Positions 9,406-18,789 of a DNA stretch of 64,000 nucleotides are shown piece after piece. Source of the stretch: Alphaproteobacteria bacterium (GTDB lineage: Bacteria; Pseudomonadota; Alphaproteobacteria; JAEULC01); NCBI GenBank assembly GCA_020846275.1, contig JADLEG010000183.1, positions 9,693 to 73,692 on the forward strand, in the 5' to 3' direction. Below the pieces are notes generated by a model. That model was not told where the DNA came from and did not search any database. It was given only the letters and a program-made list of their open reading frames with translations. Positions within the stretch are counted from its first letter, which is position 1, and every line of letters starts with the position of its first letter. The translations under genes and the position numbers were made by a program.

Positions 9406-9963
9406 ATGGCCGAACGCATCGTCTTTCGTACCGGAGAAGCACTCGTGGCCGGCGGGCCGCCGAACACCGCCGCCGAACCGGAGGTCGTGATCGGTGCGCT
9501 GGACGGACCCGTGGGCACGGCGATCGCCACCCAGCTTGCCGGCCAGGTGAAAGGTCACAGCCGGGTCTTCGCCATCCTGAACATCGACGTCCAGGTTCGC
9601 CCCGTGACCTTGATGGTCAGCAAGGTGACGGTGCAAGGGCCGAAGGCGCTCAAGTACACCAACATCCTCATGGGCACGGTGCAGGCCGCCATGGCCAACG
9701 GCGTGCTGGACGCCGTTCGCGCCGGCGACATTCCCAAGGACCAGGTCAACGATCTCGGCATCATCTGCGCGGTATGGCTGGCGCCGCAGATCGTCGACGT
9801 CGCGGACCTCGACCACCGCAAGCTGTTCGACATCCATCGCGAGGCCATGGCCAAGGCGATCCGAAAGGCGATGCGCCACGAGCCCACGATCGACTGGCTG
9901 TTGGCCAACCAGGACAAGATCACGCACAAGTATTTCCAGATGGGCCTCGACAAGCAGATCTGA
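9406..9963 (+). CDS. formaldehyde-activating enzyme (Fae) family protein / Fae-like
   Basis: 185 aa. It aligns along its length with Fae (5,6,7,8-tetrahydromethanopterin hydro-lyase): GEALVAGG…EVVIGALDGP…, …LMVSKVTV…, …AAMANGVLDAVRAGDIPKDQVNDLGIICAVWL…. Confidence 0.75.
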   Translation: MAERIVFRTGEALVAGGPPNTAAEPEVVIGALDGPVGTAIATQLAGQVKGHSRVFAILNIDVQVRPVTLMVSKVTVQGPKALKYTNILMGTVQAAMANGVLDAVRAGDIPKDQVNDLGIICAVWLAPQIVDVADLDHRKLFDIHREAMAKAIRKAMRHEPTIDWLLANQDKITHKYFQMGLDKQI

Positions 9964-10006
9964 CCGGGGCCGCCGGCCAACTGCCGCGGTCGGTTCGAGC
10001 ATGATA

Positions 10007-10042
10007 GGGCTCCGGAATTCCCCGGGGCCCTTTTTTGTTTTC
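10007..10042 (+). terminator. rho-independent terminator downstream of the fae-like gene
   Basis: GC hairpin GGGCTCCGG-AATTC-CCGGGGCCC followed by TTTTTTGTTTT. Confidence 0.6.
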
Positions 10043-10271
10043 ACGTGGAACCACGGCCAAGTTCAGCCGTTTTATGGTGGGTGTTTGCGGCTTTCAGTAT
10101 CTCAATAGTACCTTGCAATAATACCGGCGTTTTCCTACGCATCTATTTTGGTTTAGCAAAGACCCTCCCGCACGCTTCTTTGTCCTACCTTTACATTCCT
10201 GTCAGCTGACTTTACAAGCCGCGAGATGCGCGACCCCGGATTCCTTGGCGATCGCGCAGCTTTTCTTCATG

Positions 10272-10287
10272 TGGCCTGGATATTGCT
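10272..10287 (+). promoter_or_regulatory. putative sigma-54 (RpoN) -24/-12 promoter upstream of the PEP-CTERM gene
   Basis: TGGCCT-GGATA-TTGCT matches the TGGCAC-N5-TTGCA consensus at the GG and GC core with correct spacing. It lies about 45 bp upstream of the ATG at 10331, inside an unusually AT-rich 290-bp leader. Confidence 0.4.
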
Positions 10288-10330
10288 CCTCTCGGCTCGG
10301 GGGCGTTCTCGGAGCCGCACGGAGTAGCAA

Positions 10331-10999
10331 ATGTCGCTTTACAGACTTAGCGGAGGATTCATCGGAGCCATTCTGGGTATTGCATGCCTTGCCGGTACGG
10401 CATCGGCCCTGCCCAGCCAGACGACCTTCACCGCCGCGGGGCTCGGCAGCATCGGGGATTGGACCCTGGTGGGAACACCGGAGACCTTCGGTTCAGGCGG
10501 CGGCAACGGCGCATTCTCGTCGGGCGGCCTGGCCAATTTCGAGTTGCGCCTTGGCGACTATCGCAACATCTTCGGCGTCGCGCTGACCAACAGCACCGGC
10601 CTGGTGCCGATCTTCGACACCTCGTCCGATGCGGCCGGCGCCAGCGAAGCCTTCGCGCCGCCGGCCAATCCGTTCGTCTTCTACTTCCAGACGATCTGCA
10701 GCAGCTGCTCGAGCGATGACGGCATCATCTTCTCGGACGGCGACCGGACGAACGACGGGCTGGCCCAGCTCGACATGGCGATCTACCAGCAGGGCAGCAT
10801 CTTCGCCTTCTTCTTCGACGATGGCGGCCCGGATGGCGGAATCCTCTGCGGGATCGGCATCGGCTGCAACGACGACAACGACTTCAACGACATGGTCGTG
10901 ACGGTCAGCGCCAACAGCGTGCCCGAGCCGATGACGCTCGGTCTCCTGGGCGCCGGCCTGCTGGGCCTCGGCTTCGCCGGGCGCCGCCGCCGCAGCTAG
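10331..10999 (+). CDS. PEP-CTERM sorting-domain secreted protein (exosortase substrate)
   Basis: N-terminal signal peptide (…GIACLAGTASA). Low-complexity Gly/Ser/Asp/Cys-rich body. The C-terminus VPEPMTLGLLGAGLLGLGFAGRRRRS is the canonical PEP motif plus a TM helix plus an Arg cluster. Confidence 0.8.
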   Translation: MSLYRLSGGFIGAILGIACLAGTASALPSQTTFTAAGLGSIGDWTLVGTPETFGSGGGNGAFSSGGLANFELRLGDYRNIFGVALTNSTGLVPIFDTSSDAAGASEAFAPPANPFVFYFQTICSSCSSDDGIIFSDGDRTNDGLAQLDMAIYQQGSIFAFFFDDGGPDGGILCGIGIGCNDDNDFNDMVVTVSANSVPEPMTLGLLGAGLLGLGFAGRRRRS

Positions 11000-11022
11000 C
11001 ACAGCTCCCTCGGGGACAAACA

Positions 11023-11049
11023 GAACGGCCGCCCTTCCGGCGGCCGTTC
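11023..11049. terminator. bidirectional hairpin terminator between convergent genes
   Basis: Perfect inverted repeat GAACGGCCGCC-cttcc-GGCGGCCGTTC between the PEP-CTERM gene (+) and the ABC ATPase (-). Confidence 0.6.
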
Positions 11050-11070
11050 CTCGCCGCGGTGACAGGCGTC

Positions 11071-12171
11071 TCAATCGTCCAGCAGTGCGAAAATCGCATT
11101 GGGTGCCGGTTTCACGGCGACCGTCGCGCCGGGCTCCTGGCGCCCCTCCTCCAGACACTCGACCACGATCTCGGTGCCTCCGACGTCAACCAGGATGATG
11201 CTGCTCGATCCCTGGAAGGCGCTGCGCACCACCCGGCCGTGCCCCGCGCCGTCTGCGCGCTTTGCCCCCGCCTCGATCGTCAGCAGCGTGGCGCGAACGG
11301 CCACGGTGCAGCGCGCGCCGGCGGCGCGGTCGTCGCGCCACCCCCGCGCGTTCAGCGTGCCGAGCGCCGTGTCGACATGGACGACCTGCCCCGTCCGGCC
11401 GCGCACGGTGCCGTCCAGCAGGTTCTGGATGCCGACGAATTCGGCGGCGAAGCGCGTCCGCGGCCGGCGATAGACATCCTCGGGCGGGCCCGCCTGCTCG
11501 ATCTTCCCCGCGCGCATGACGACGACGCGATCGCCCAGGGTCATCGCCTCGAGCTGGTCATGCGTCACGTAGATCGACGTGAACGGCACCTTCTGGCGCA
11601 GGGCCAGCAATTCCATGCGCATGCGCTCGCGCAGCCGCGCGTCGAGATTCGACAGGGGCTCGTCGAACAGGATCGCCCGCGGCTTTCCCACCATGGCGCG
11701 CGCGAGCGAGATGCGCTGCTGTTGGCCCCCCGAAAGCTCGTGGATGTAGCGTCCGCCGATGCCGCCGAGGCCGACCCAGTCGAGCATCGCCGTGGCCTTT
11801 GCGGCGATCTCGGCCTTCGAGAGCCCGCTGGACAGGAGCGGATAGGCGATGTTTTCCGCGACCGTCATGTGCGGCCACAGGGCATAGCTCTGGAAGACCA
11901 TGCCCAGCCGGCGTTCCTCGGGCGGCACTTCCGTGCGGCGGGCATGATCGAAGGCGACCGTGTCGCCGATCATGATACGGCCTTCGTCGGGCGTGATCAG
12001 CCCTGCGATCGATCGCAGCACCGTGGTCTTGCCGCATCCGCTGGGTCCGAGCAGCACGGTGCATTGGCCGGCCGGGAACGCCAGGCTGAAGTCGTCGAGC
12101 GCTTTCACCTCCGACTGGCGTCCGTAGACTTTGCTGAGGCCCGATACCGACAGGTCGACAAGCTTGTCCAT
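11071..12171 (-). CDS. ABC transporter ATP-binding protein (FbpC/PotA-type)
   Basis: Walker A GPSGCGKTT, signature LSGGQQQRISLARA, Walker B ILFDEPLSNLD, and a C-terminal TOBE domain. Confidence 0.9.
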   Translation of the reverse strand: MDKLVDLSVSGLSKVYGRQSEVKALDDFSLAFPAGQCTVLLGPSGCGKTTVLRSIAGLITPDEGRIMIGDTVAFDHARRTEVPPEERRLGMVFQSYALWPHMTVAENIAYPLLSSGLSKAEIAAKATAMLDWVGLGGIGGRYIHELSGGQQQRISLARAMVGKPRAILFDEPLSNLDARLRERMRMELLALRQKVPFTSIYVTHDQLEAMTLGDRVVVMRAGKIEQAGPPEDVYRRPRTRFAAEFVGIQNLLDGTVRGRTGQVVHVDTALGTLNARGWRDDRAAGARCTVAVRATLLTIEAGAKRADGAGHGRVVRSAFQGSSSIILVDVGGTEIVVECLEEGRQEPGATVAVKPAPNAIFALLDD

Positions 12172-12224
12172 CTATTCCTGCATGGTCTTCTTGGGGAAAC
12201 GGATCATCGGCTCTTCCTCCGCGG

Positions 12225-13913
12225 TCATGCCGCGCTGAACCGGGCAAACTTCCACAGCAGCGCCACCGGCAACAGGCCCAGCACCATCAGCAACAGCGAA
12301 TAGACGGCGAGCTCCGGGTAGAACCCGTTGGACCACACGTCCATCAGCCCGACCGACAGCACGATCGTGCCGGGGTTGTAGAGCAGGATCACCAGCGAGA
12401 TCTCGCGCAGGATCACCACGTAGATCAGCAGCCAGCTTCCCAGCAGCGCCGGGCGCATCAGCGGGATGTCGATCCGGCGCAGCGTCGCCAGCCAGGAATG
12501 GCCGGAGACCCGGGACGCATCCTCCAGGTCGGCGTGGATGCCGTGCAGCGCGCTGCCGACGAACTGCATGGCGATCGGGATATGCGCGGTGACATAGGCG
12601 AGCAGCAGTATCCACAGCGTGCCGTAGAGCCCGCCGGGTATGGCGATCCAGGCGCCCAGGATACCCAGGCCCAGCGCGATGCCCGGGATTCCCAGCGGCA
12701 GAACCAGCGCATACTCGACCACGCGGGACAGGCGCCCGCGCAGGCGGATGACGTACCAGGCCAGCGCGATCGCCAGCAGCACGCAAACCGTGGCGCCCAG
12801 CACCGCCAGGAACAGGCTGTGGCGGGCGGACGGCCACACCTGCGGATACTTGAACAGGATGTAGCTGAAGTTATCGAGCGTGAAGTTCTTGGGCGTGAAG
12901 GCGTAGGGCGCCCAGTACTTCATGAAGGCCATCGAGCTGACCGCGAGCATCGGGATGACCGAGGAGCTGAGCGCGAAGACCATGGCGACGACCGCCAGCG
13001 GATAGCGCATCCGGCCCAGCCGGAACGGGATCGTCGTCGCACCCTTGCCGCCCAGCAGCGTGAACCGGCCACCGCGCGACAGCGCCCGGCGCTGGAAATA
13101 GATGCACACCAGGCCGAAGGCGACCAGCAGAAGTCCCTGCGCCGCCGCCATGCCCGGGCGCGGCGGGAACGAGTTCGAGTTCTGCCAGATCAGGCTGGGC
13201 AGCAGGTAGATGCGCGACTTCAGGCCGACCGTGGCGGGGATGATGAAATCCCCCGCGCTCATGATCAGGACCAGCAGCAGCGCGGCCAGCAGCGCCGGGC
13301 GCTGCAGCGGCAGGATGATCGTCGCGAGCAGCCGCAGCCGCCCCGCGCCGGAGACGCGCGCCGCCTCCTCGACCGCCGGATCGCTGTTGCTCAAGCCCGC
13401 CGCCACCAGCAGGTAGACATAGGGCGTCAGGAACAGGCCGGTGATCCAGACGATGCCGGCCATGGTGTTGACGTTGACCAGCGTCGTCTTCGACCCCATC
13501 GCCAGCGAGGCGATGATGTTGACGAAGCCGGCGTTCGGGTCGGCGATCGCGATCCAGCCGATCACCAGGATGAAGGGCGGCACCAGCATCGGCAGCACGG
13601 CCAGGATGCCGATCCAGCGTCCGCCCGGCATGTCGGTCCGGACCGCGACGACCGCCAGCCCCACCCCCACCACCATCGCGAGCGCGGACGACCCCGCGGC
13701 ATAGATGACGGTGTTGATCAGGGCATCGCGGCTGCGGCCGGATTCGAACAGCGCGGCGAGCCATTGCAGGGTCAGCTCGCTGCCGATGTCGTCCTTGGAA
13801 ATGCTGCGCAGGACGACGGAGACGACCGGATAGCTGACCATCACAACGGTCAGCACGCAGATCATGCCGAGGACCAGCTGGTCCCAGGACAGGGATCGCC
13901 GCCACATCGGCAC
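12225..13913 (-). CDS. ABC transporter permease, fused two-domain (FbpB/AfuB-type)
   Basis: 562 aa with two tandem BPD-type transmembrane permease domains. GTG start. Confidence 0.85.
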   Translation of the reverse strand: MPMWRRSLSWDQLVLGMICVLTVVMVSYPVVSVVLRSISKDDIGSELTLQWLAALFESGRSRDALINTVIYAAGSSALAMVVGVGLAVVAVRTDMPGGRWIGILAVLPMLVPPFILVIGWIAIADPNAGFVNIIASLAMGSKTTLVNVNTMAGIVWITGLFLTPYVYLLVAAGLSNSDPAVEEAARVSGAGRLRLLATIILPLQRPALLAALLLVLIMSAGDFIIPATVGLKSRIYLLPSLIWQNSNSFPPRPGMAAAQGLLLVAFGLVCIYFQRRALSRGGRFTLLGGKGATTIPFRLGRMRYPLAVVAMVFALSSSVIPMLAVSSMAFMKYWAPYAFTPKNFTLDNFSYILFKYPQVWPSARHSLFLAVLGATVCVLLAIALAWYVIRLRGRLSRVVEYALVLPLGIPGIALGLGILGAWIAIPGGLYGTLWILLLAYVTAHIPIAMQFVGSALHGIHADLEDASRVSGHSWLATLRRIDIPLMRPALLGSWLLIYVVILREISLVILLYNPGTIVLSVGLMDVWSNGFYPELAVYSLLLMVLGLLPVALLWKFARFSAA

Positions 13914-13939
13914 GGCTCCGGTCGTCCCCGCGGGTGAGG

Positions 13940-14989
13940 CTACTTAACGTGCTTGTCCCATTCGGCCAGCAGTTCCTGGGTCTTGCCAATGATCATCTTG
14001 TAGTCCGGCTGGACGAAGCTGTGCACCTTGCCGAGCTCGGCCAGCGATCCGGCCTTCGGCGCGCTCGCCTCGGGATGGGTCGGGATCGTGGCGCCGGCGA
14101 CATTGATCAGCGTCTGGCCCTCGCCCGAGCAGGCGAAGTCGCAGAACAGCCGCGCCGCGTTGGGATGGGGGGCCTTGCTGAAAACCGAGATGTTGCCGCC
14201 GAACAACACGGTGTTCTTGGGCACCACGCCGCCGATCGGCGCGCCGGTGTCGGCGAGCTGGATGACGCCGAAAGAGTTCGTCACGCCCATGTCGATCTCG
14301 CCCGATACGATCGCCTGCGACATGGCGTTGGTGCTGGCGTAGAGCTTGGGCTTGTTGGCGCCGAAGCCCTGCAGGTAGGAAGGCCCATAGAGCTGGCTGA
14401 CCATGACCTGCCAGGCCAGCGTGGTCGCGGTCACGTGCGGGTCGAGCGAGCCGAAGCGCCCTTTCCACTTGGGATCCAGCAGGTCCTTCCAGTCCTTCGG
14501 CGCATCGGCGGGCTTCACCGTGTTGGTGTTCCACCCGAGCTGCGCCATGTACATGCGGATCAGCGTGTACTGCGGCGCCTTGTAGGCCGCGTCGATCTTG
14601 GCACGCTCGGGCGAGTCATAGGCGGCCAGGTACGGCACCAGCAGGCTGAGCGCCGGCTCCTCGATGATCAGCGCATCGGCCTGCGGGCGCCCGGCCGATT
14701 CCTCGGTCTGCACCCGCGTCGCGACGTCGGCCGATCCCGCGCGGTAGACCGACACCTCGATCCCGTATTTCTTCTTGAACGCCTCGGCGGCGGCGTTGTT
14801 GGGACCGGTCGAGGCCGAGCTGTACAGGCTGACCGTGCCCTCTTTCTTGGCCGCCTCGACTAGCTTGGGATCGCTGGCGGCGCCGGCGGGGAAGGACGGC
14901 AGCACCGATCCCGCCGCCGCGGCCGATGCGCCAAGCTTCAAGAGGGTTCTGCGGTCGATGCCGGAGGATTGAGAAAATTCCGTCTTCAT
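13940..14989 (-). CDS. ABC transporter substrate-binding protein (Fe3+/FbpA-like, family 1) with Tat signal
   Basis: Twin-arginine signal DRRTLLKLGASAAAAG. Periplasmic binding protein fold. First gene of an SBP-permease-ATPase operon on the minus strand. GGGGAGA Shine-Dalgarno sequence before the ATG. Confidence 0.8.
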   Translation of the reverse strand: MKTEFSQSSGIDRRTLLKLGASAAAAGSVLPSFPAGAASDPKLVEAAKKEGTVSLYSSASTGPNNAAAEAFKKKYGIEVSVYRAGSADVATRVQTEESAGRPQADALIIEEPALSLLVPYLAAYDSPERAKIDAAYKAPQYTLIRMYMAQLGWNTNTVKPADAPKDWKDLLDPKWKGRFGSLDPHVTATTLAWQVMVSQLYGPSYLQGFGANKPKLYASTNAMSQAIVSGEIDMGVTNSFGVIQLADTGAPIGGVVPKNTVLFGGNISVFSKAPHPNAARLFCDFACSGEGQTLINVAGATIPTHPEASAPKAGSLAELGKVHSFVQPDYKMIIGKTQELLAEWDKHVK

Positions 14990-15014
14990 CGTGATCTCCC
15001 CTGTGAGCTTTCGA

Positions 15015-15902
15015 CTATGGTTGGCGTCTTCCCTGTTTCAGTCTGCGCGCGACGATCTCGCCGATCGACGTCACCCGGTCGGCGACGTCCAGCCCGGCGG
15101 ACGCGAAGGCTTTCATCTTGTTCTGCGGCCGGCTGCGCTCGTCGTCGCCCACAACCGCCCCGGCATGGCCCATGCGTGCGTCGGGCGGGCTGCCCTGGCC
15201 GGTAATATAGGCTACGACCGGGGTGCGCATCGTCGCGGCATAGGCAGCCGCGGGATATTCCAGCCCGCCGCCCGGCTCGCCGACCAGGATCACCAGGTCG
15301 GTGTCCGGGTCCGCCTCGAACAGACGCAATACATCCACGTAGCTGGTGCCGATCACCCGGTCGCCGCCCAGGCACACGACCGTGGATTCGCCCAGGCCGT
15401 GCTGGTGGATCTCGTCGATCACTTCATAGGTCAACGTGCCGCTCTTCGAGACGATGCCGATCCGCCCGGGCCGCAGGTTCGCGTCGTTGAGGTCGGCCAT
15501 GTTGGCCTGCCCCGGGCTTACGGCGCCGGCGGAGTTGGGGCCGAGGATCCGCGTGCCGCGCGCCTTGGCATAGGCGCACATCCGGATGGCGTCGTGGACC
15601 GGGATGTTCTCGATATAGAGGACCGCGAGCGCGATGCCGGCATCCACGATCTCATAGAGCCCGTCGACCACATAGGCCGGCGCGATGCAGCTCATCACCG
15701 CGTCGCCGCCGGTCGCCGCGACGGCTTCACGCATCGTGTCGAACACGGGAAGCCCGGCGATCGTGGTGCCGCCTTTTCCCGGCGTGACGCCGCCCACAAC
15801 CGGCGTGCCGCCCGCCGCCATGCGTTCCGCGAACAGCCGCCCGGTCTGGCCGGTGATGCCCTGGACCAGGATCTTGCTCTTCCGGTCGACCAGGATGCTC
15901 AT
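15015..15902 (-). CDS. succinyl-CoA synthetase alpha-subunit-like protein (CoA-binding/ligase-CoA domains; ADP-forming acyl-CoA ligase alpha)
   Basis: MSILVDRKSKILVQGITGQTGRLFAERM… resembles SucD/MtkB (295 aa). The ATG at 15902 overlaps the stop of the upstream beta subunit (ATGA). The upstream 360 aa of the ORF-track frame was rejected. Confidence 0.85.
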   Translation of the reverse strand: MSILVDRKSKILVQGITGQTGRLFAERMAAGGTPVVGGVTPGKGGTTIAGLPVFDTMREAVAATGGDAVMSCIAPAYVVDGLYEIVDAGIALAVLYIENIPVHDAIRMCAYAKARGTRILGPNSAGAVSPGQANMADLNDANLRPGRIGIVSKSGTLTYEVIDEIHQHGLGESTVVCLGGDRVIGTSYVDVLRLFEADPDTDLVILVGEPGGGLEYPAAAYAATMRTPVVAYITGQGSPPDARMGHAGAVVGDDERSRPQNKMKAFASAGLDVADRVTSIGEIVARRLKQGRRQP

Positions 15903-17062
15903 CGCACCGGCCCGCTGGCAGGCGTCATGGACCGGGTCAAGGCCAGTACGCGCTCGGTCGCCGCGCGCAGCGAGGGGCTGTAGAAGCAGCCGGCCGATTC
16001 CACGATCCGCTGCGAAGTCTCCTGCTTCACGCCGCGCATGCGCACGACCACCCGCTCGCGGCCCGGGGCGCCGGGTCGCTGCAGCGCCTGCACCAGCGCC
16101 TCCGCCAGCGCGTCGGTCGAGCGGAGCTGGTAGAAGGCGTTGATGAAATAGACATCGGCGTCCAGCATGAACAGCGCGCCGATAACCTCGGCGGTGTGGG
16201 CCACGCCGCGCGCCAGCGCGCCGTGCAGCTCGATGACGCCCGCGATGCCGACGCCGTGCAGCGAAACCTGGTCGTAGGTCGCCATGGTCAGCCCGGCGCC
16301 GTTGCCGAGGATGGCGACGCTCGGCCGCGCCGGCGCCGGCACCCGCTCGCGATTGTCGACCCCGATCGCGCCGAGCTCGCGGCAGCGCCGCATGAAGGCG
16401 CTGTCGGTGGCCCAGGCAACCGGTGCCGATCGGGCGGGGTGGCGCGACACCGCGTCGTCGTCCAGCACGATCTTGGCGTCGGCCGCCAGCAGCTGCCCCG
16501 AGCTTGTTGCGACCAGCGGATTGATCTCGGCCAGCTCGGCGTCCTCGTCGACCAGCGTCTCGTAAAGGCCCCGGGCCAGCGCCTCGAACTGCCGGTCGAG
16601 CGCCGGGTCCAGCGCCAGCGCGCGCTTCAATCCCTGGATCTGGAAACCGGCCAGCCCGATCAGCGGATCGACATCGACGCTGACGATGGCGGAGCGCGGC
16701 ACCTGCTCGATGTCGACGCCGCCGGCGGCGCTCGCCATCATCGTCACCTGGCCCCGGTCGCGATTGACGAAGGCGGCCAGGTAGTACTCGTGCCGGATCG
16801 CCAGCTTCTGCTCGACGTAGACGGCGTGCACCGCTTCGTTGCCGAGCTTCGCGCCTTGCAACCGGCCGGCCGCCTGTTCGAGCTCGCCGCGTCCGCCGGC
16901 CATCAGGATGCCGCCTCGCTTGCCGCGACCGCCTGCGAGCACCTGCGCCTTCACGACCCAGCCGGTTTCGGAAGGCGGGCATTGCGGCCAGATCGCGCCG
17001 GCGGGAATCGGCACGCGATGCTTGGCCAGCAGCGCCTTGCCTTCGTATTCGAGCAGCTTCAT
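15899..17062 (-). CDS. succinyl-CoA synthetase beta-subunit-like ATP-grasp protein (divergent SucC paralog)
   Basis: MKLLEYEGKALLAKHRVPIP…VKAQVLAGGRGK… matches the SucC N-terminal ATP-grasp region. 387 aa. It is clearly divergent from housekeeping SucC over the C-terminal half. ATG at 17062. Confidence 0.8.
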   Translation of the reverse strand: MKLLEYEGKALLAKHRVPIPAGAIWPQCPPSETGWVVKAQVLAGGRGKRGGILMAGGRGELEQAAGRLQGAKLGNEAVHAVYVEQKLAIRHEYYLAAFVNRDRGQVTMMASAAGGVDIEQVPRSAIVSVDVDPLIGLAGFQIQGLKRALALDPALDRQFEALARGLYETLVDEDAELAEINPLVATSSGQLLAADAKIVLDDDAVSRHPARSAPVAWATDSAFMRRCRELGAIGVDNRERVPAPARPSVAILGNGAGLTMATYDQVSLHGVGIAGVIELHGALARGVAHTAEVIGALFMLDADVYFINAFYQLRSTDALAEALVQALQRPGAPGRERVVVRMRGVKQETSQRIVESAGCFYSPSLRAATERVLALTRSMTPASGPVR

Positions 17063-17091
17063 GTCGCCCTGCGCCCCCGCCGCACCGGCCG

Positions 17092-17892
17092 CTAGCGGCC
17101 CTTGAACGGCCCCGCTGGCCGCTTCTCGGCGAACGCGCGCGCGCTTTCCTTGAAGTCCTCGGTCTGGTGCAGCTTCAGCGGGATGGTTTGCAGATAGGCC
17201 TCGCGCTCCGCCTGGTCCATGTACCAGCGCCTTGTGCGCACCGTGGCGCGGACGCTGAGCGGCGGATTGGCCACGATCTGCCGCGCCAGCTCCAGCGCAA
17301 CGCTCAGGTGCTGACCTTTGGGCGCCACGCGGTCGACGATGCCCGCCTTCAAGGCTTCTTCCGCCGTGAAGAACCGCCCGGTCAGCACGGCCTCGGTGGC
17401 GAAGGACCGCGCGCCGCGAAAGTTCAGCAGCGCCCAGTAGCGCGAGGCCGCGAGGCCGCGCGAGGTCTCGGTCACCTGGAATCGCGTGCCCTCCTCCGCG
17501 ACCACCAGCTCGCTTTCCAGCACCATGCCGAGGCCGAGGCCGACCGCGAAGCCATGCGGCGCGGCAATGACCGGCTTCCAGTTGATGGCGCGCGTCAGCA
17601 GGTCGGACGCATGGGCGCCCCAGCCCTGCGACCCGCCGTGCTTCTTCAGGTCCGCCTCGCTGCGGAGCTGGCGCTGGTGCACGTCGGCGCCGCTGGAGAA
17701 GGCGCGACCCTCGCCGCACAGGATGGCGACGTCGGCCGCTTCGTCGATGTCGAAATCGTGCAGCACGCGCGCCAGGCGCATCACCATGAAGTCGTTGAAG
17801 GCGTTGAGCTTCTCCGGACGGTTGAAGGTAATGGTCGCGATCCGGTCGCGGCAGGAATACTGGATCAGGTCATCGCTGTCGGGCTGCGGCAC
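17092..17892 (-). CDS. enoyl-CoA hydratase/isomerase (crotonase) family protein
   Basis: 266 aa. Crotonase fold motifs …ITFNRPEKLNAF… and …FSSGADV…. Confidence 0.85.
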   Translation of the reverse strand: MPQPDSDDLIQYSCRDRIATITFNRPEKLNAFNDFMVMRLARVLHDFDIDEAADVAILCGEGRAFSSGADVHQRQLRSEADLKKHGGSQGWGAHASDLLTRAINWKPVIAAPHGFAVGLGLGMVLESELVVAEEGTRFQVTETSRGLAASRYWALLNFRGARSFATEAVLTGRFFTAEEALKAGIVDRVAPKGQHLSVALELARQIVANPPLSVRATVRTRRWYMDQAEREAYLQTIPLKLHQTEDFKESARAFAEKRPAGPFKGR

Positions 17893-17955
17893 GGGAACCC
17901 CTTTGTCGGTGCTGCGCGGCGGGCGCCGCGACAGATGGTAGCAACGCGGACGAAC

Positions 17956-18789
17956 TTACTCGTAGGGCACGAGCGGATCGTACTGCAGGTCGATCCATTC
18001 GGACGTGAAATTTGGCTCGCGCCGCTCCCGGAAGGCGCGCGGTCCTTCGCGCGCGTCCCGGTGGAACATCAGCTCCACGTTCGCCAGTATCTGCGCCTCG
18101 AACCCCTTGACCGGGTCGAGCCCCAGCCCCTGGTTGCGCGCGTTCTTGATGGCGCCATAGGCCTGGGTGGGGCCTTTCGACAGCTTGTGGGCGAATTCCA
18201 TCGCGCGCTTTTCGATCTGCTCCAGCGGCACGACCTCGGTCACCAGGCCCAGGCGCAGCGCCTCCTCCATCTCGACGAAGCGGCCGAGCAGCAGCAACTC
18301 GGTGGCGCGGCCCAATCCCACGAAGCGCGGCAGGAGATAGGTCGATCCGCCGCCCAGGCCGCGGTTCACGTAGACGGCGCCGTACTTGGCCTTGGGATCG
18401 CTGAAGCGGAAATCGCAGGCCAAGGCGACATCAAGCCCCGCCCCCACCGCGTAGCCCTGGACGATGCCGACGATCGGCTTGCGCAGGGTCAGCATGTCGA
18501 GCACGGCGCGCGGGAAGCCGGTCCGCAGCCGGGTGTGCAGGTCCGGCGGGCCATACTTGAAGCGGTCCTCCGGCGACAGGTCGTCGCCCGAGCAGAACGC
18601 CCGCCCCTCGCCGCGCACCACAAGCGCGCGGACGGCATTGTCGCGGCGCGCCCGCTCGATCAGGTCGACCAGGCGCAGGATCATCTCGGGATACAGCGCA
18701 TTGAGCTTGTTCGGTCGGTCGAGCGTGATGATGCCAACCGCACCATCGACATCGTAGCGAACGCGATGTTCGGAATCGGACTCGGTCAT
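17956..18789 (-). CDS. enoyl-CoA hydratase/isomerase (crotonase) family protein
   Basis: 277 aa. …ITLDRPNKLNAL…, …FCSGDDL…, …GYAVGAGLDVALACD… are crotonase superfamily signatures. Confidence 0.85.
   Translation of the reverse strand: MTESDSEHRVRYDVDGAVGIITLDRPNKLNALYPEMILRLVDLIERARRDNAVRALVVRGEGRAFCSGDDLSPEDRFKYGPPDLHTRLRTGFPRAVLDMLTLRKPIVGIVQGYAVGAGLDVALACDFRFSDPKAKYGAVYVNRGLGGGSTYLLPRFVGLGRATELLLLGRFVEMEEALRLGLVTEVVPLEQIEKRAMEFAHKLSKGPTQAYGAIKNARNQGLGLDPVKGFEAQILANVELMFHRDAREGPRAFRERREPNFTSEWIDLQYDPLVPYE

Noticed and set aside
15015-17062. Idea that the SucCD-like pair is malate-CoA ligase (MtkAB) of a serine cycle, linked to the nearby fae-like gene
   Set aside because: No mcl, sga, hpr, mtdA or fch genes nearby. 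The neighbours are crotonases and an SDR. Size match alone is uninformative because SucCD and MtkAB have the same lengths.
15899-17719. 606-aa ORF-track version of the SucC-like gene (and 655-aa version of SucD-like, 684-aa version of the IMPase gene, 764-aa version of the GlpA-like gene)
   Set aside because: The long N-terminal extensions are low-complexity, overlap the upstream genes in another frame and lack homology. Internal ATG/GTG starts coincide with ATGA/GTGA stop-start coupling and/or Shine-Dalgarno sequences and give canonical family lengths.
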